DNA of 64,000 bases from Anaeramoeba ignava BMAN (taxonomy: Eukaryota; Protista; Anaeramoebae), in NCBI GenBank assembly GCA_028826165.1, contig JAPDFW010000021.1, forward strand, positions 11,645-75,644, given 5' to 3'. Each line of letters opens with the position of its first letter. Within the stretch, counting starts at the first letter, position 1. The notes under the pieces are model-generated. The model did not search any database. It saw nothing but the letters and a program-made list of their open reading frames with translations, and was not told the DNA's origin. A program made the translations under genes and the position numbers. Positions 61,719 to 64,000 of this stretch are shown here, one piece after another.

Positions 61719-61745
61719 AAAAATGAAAAAAATGAAAAAATGAAA
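61719..61745 (-). promoter_or_regulatory. Tandem TCATTTT initiator-like elements upstream of the ankyrin-SAM gene
   Basis: The + strand reads aaaatgaaaaaaatgaaaaaatgaaa, ~33-60 nt upstream of ATG 61686. Confidence 0.55.
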
Positions 61746-61854
61746 TTTTTTGATTTTATTCTTTTTAAACTTTTTAAAAAAAAAGAAAAAAGAAAATTTA
61801 AATCAAAAAATTAAAAAATCAATTAAAAATCCAAATCCAAATTCAAATCCAAAT

Positions 61855-62245
61855 TGATTTAGATTTGAAAATTGATTTAAAAATTGATTTAAATTTGAAA
61901 ATTGATTTAAATTTGAAAATTGATTTAAATTTGAAAATTGATTTAAATTTGAAAATTGATTTAAATTTGAAAATTGATTTAAATTTGAAAATTGATTTAG
62001 ATTTGAAAATTGATTTGAAAATTGATTTAAATTTGAAAATTGATTTAAATTTGAAAATTGATTTAAATTTGAAAATTGATTTAAATTTGAAAATTGATTT
62101 AAATTTGAAAATTGATTTAAATTTGAAAATTGATTTAAATTTGATTTAGATTTTGATTTAGATTTAAATTTGAAATGGAAATGGAAATGGAAATGGAAAT
62201 GGAAATGGAAATGGAAATGGAAATGGAAATGGAAATGCAAATGCA
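61855..62245. repeat. 18-bp minisatellite (TTTGAAAATTGATTTAAA)n, ~15 copies, followed by (GGAAAT)n, ~10 copies
   Basis: Visible directly just downstream of the RasGAP-PH stop codon. Confidence 0.9.
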
Positions 62246-62247
62246 AA

Positions 62248-64000
62248 TTAATTATTCTTTCTTATTGATCTTAATTTATGAATCCAATCTTCACATTCAG
62301 TTAAATGATCAAAAGCAAAAGATAAAGGATGAGAACGATTAGGAATAGTAATTTGAAAAGTAGATTTTTTACGATAAGTAACTTTCTTAGAAAAACCAAT
62401 TAAATAAGAAGATTTAACTACAATAGTTTCTTTAGGTCGAGAATCTTTATAACTTGATTGAGAAGAGAAAATAGCAAGAATATTCTTTTTTAAAACAAGA
62501 TATCTTTTTTTCCAACTAAAAGTTCCACCAGTTTTTGAAAAATAAACATTTCCTTCTTTTGTTGCTTCAATATCACTTAAATTTCCCCAAACTTCTTTTA
62601 ATTCTGAATCACTCATTTCTGAATAATCAATAACTTCCTTTTGTTTTTGTTCTTGATTTTCATTTTGATTTTGATTTTCATTTTGATTTGTTGATTCATT
62701 AAGAATTAATTGCTTTTCAACTGATTTACTTTCATCTTTATAATTATTCAATAAAATTTCTAAATCATCTAAATATTCATTAATTTGAAGCATTTCTTGA
62801 TTTAATTCATAAATTTCTCGATGATTTTTTTCAATTTGATATGTTCCTAATCTCGTCATTAAACTAAATGGAATGTTTTTTTTTATAAAAAGAAGTGATC
62901 CAATCATAAGAAATGGATATTCTAATTCTTCTAAATTGATTTCATATTTTGGTTCTTTTTTTCCTTGGAATGAATTTTTTTGTGAATATAATTTTGCATT
63001 TTCCATTTCTTTTTTTATATCATTTTCATCAAATGAATTTATATTTAAAGACTAAAAATAATTTTTTTAAAATGAAATTTTAAAATTATTGTTTGAATTT
63101 AAATCATTTTGGAATTAAATTTTACTGATATTTCATTAATAAATTTTGAACGACCTGAAAATAATTTAATCATTGAAGTATTAAGAGGAGCATATTGATT
63201 AAGATTTGCTCCAAATGTTGAACCAATTGCTAATTTTTCAAAAGCAAATGCAATATTTTCCAAACCTCTTTTAGCTTTTGGAGACGGTTCATCTTTTTAA
63301 ATAAATTTTTTAAATTATAAATTATAAATTTAAATTGAATTTAAATTTGAATTTTTTACAATTAATTAATTCAAATTGTTTTGGATTTTTCAAAGCTTCA
63401 CAGAAATAACGAAGTAAAATAAAAGTGCAAATAACTGAAATATAATGATCAGGAAAACGAACAATTAAATTTTGTTTAATCAAAGTAGCAAACAATTTAA
63501 AAGAAAGAGGAGCAGAAGAAGCAGAAGTAAGAATAGCATTAGCAAATAAATCAAGTTGAGATTGAAAATTAGAAATATTTTGCTGAGCATCGCCTTCAAA
63601 TTGACTATCAGAAGGATCAACATCAAGAGATAAATCTGATTTACAAAAATCATCAACTAATTTCGCAATTGTTTTTTTGATATAAGATTTCCCATTCTGT
63701 CTTGAATATAAATTTACAAATTCGCCTGTAAAATCTGTTTTTAATAAAGTTCCTGCAGAAACTGTTCTTGCAACTTCTTGTGGAATCATCATTTTAATTA
63801 GATTTAAACTTTCATTGAAATCATCAAAAAAATAAAAAATAGCTCCCGATATATTTTTAACTAATTCTTGATTGTTTGCTTTGTCGAATAATGCTGTTAA
63901 AAAGTATATCTCTTCATCTGGAAGAAGATCTTTAATTATTTCTTTTCCTTTTCAAATACTCTTTTTAATTCAGTATTGTTTTGGATCTTTTATTACTTTT
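62248..64000 (-). CDS. RasGAP-domain protein with C-terminal PH domain (5' end outside the window)
   Basis: GAP motifs: QEVART..GTLLKTD, GKSYIKKTI, SLDVDPS, FILLRYFCEALKNPKQFELI and AKRGLENIAFAFEKLA. PH motifs: KEGNVYFSKTGGTFSWKKRYLVL...EDWIHKLR. Introns lie at ~63359-63294 and ~63125-63052. Confidence 0.85.

Overview
Very AT-rich, gene-dense eukaryotic genomic DNA with the standard genetic code and canonical GT-AG introns. Introns and intergenic DNA are filled with microsatellites, and proteins carry N/Q/E low-complexity tracts. The style suggests an anaerobic metamonad amoeboflagellate such as Anaeramoeba (inference only). From left to right: (1) a signal-peptide protein with seven FG-GAP blades and FN3-like domains, truncated by the window edge and missing from the ORF track; (2) an intronless actin with a +2 frameshift, flanked by two related ~145-bp tandem arrays; (3) a ~3,350-aa BTB-ARM-ConA-PH-BEACH-WD40 gene; (4) three tandem ~2,000-aa membrane proteins, the main finding, in which an N-terminal membrane anchor and a long chain of invasin/Big-1-like Ig modules are fused to a STRA6/RBP-receptor-like core; (5) a ~155-bp satellite; (6) a FYVE-ARM protein; (7) coatomer beta'; (8) a small Cys-rich 2-TM protein; (9) a LisH-RasGEF; (10) the TSET/TPLATE scaffold TTRAY1/TWD40-1; (11) an ankyrin-SAM protein with an ANKRD40-like tail; (12) a RasGAP-PH protein whose arginine finger appears to be Lys. 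Window-wide signals include tandem TCATTTT initiator-like motifs before most ATGs, block-wise switching of A-ending versus T-ending synonymous codons within exons, and A-rich 3' splice sites. Several frameshifts and the region ~39.7-40.5 kb look like long-read consensus errors. All homology calls come from motif recognition by eye, not database searches.
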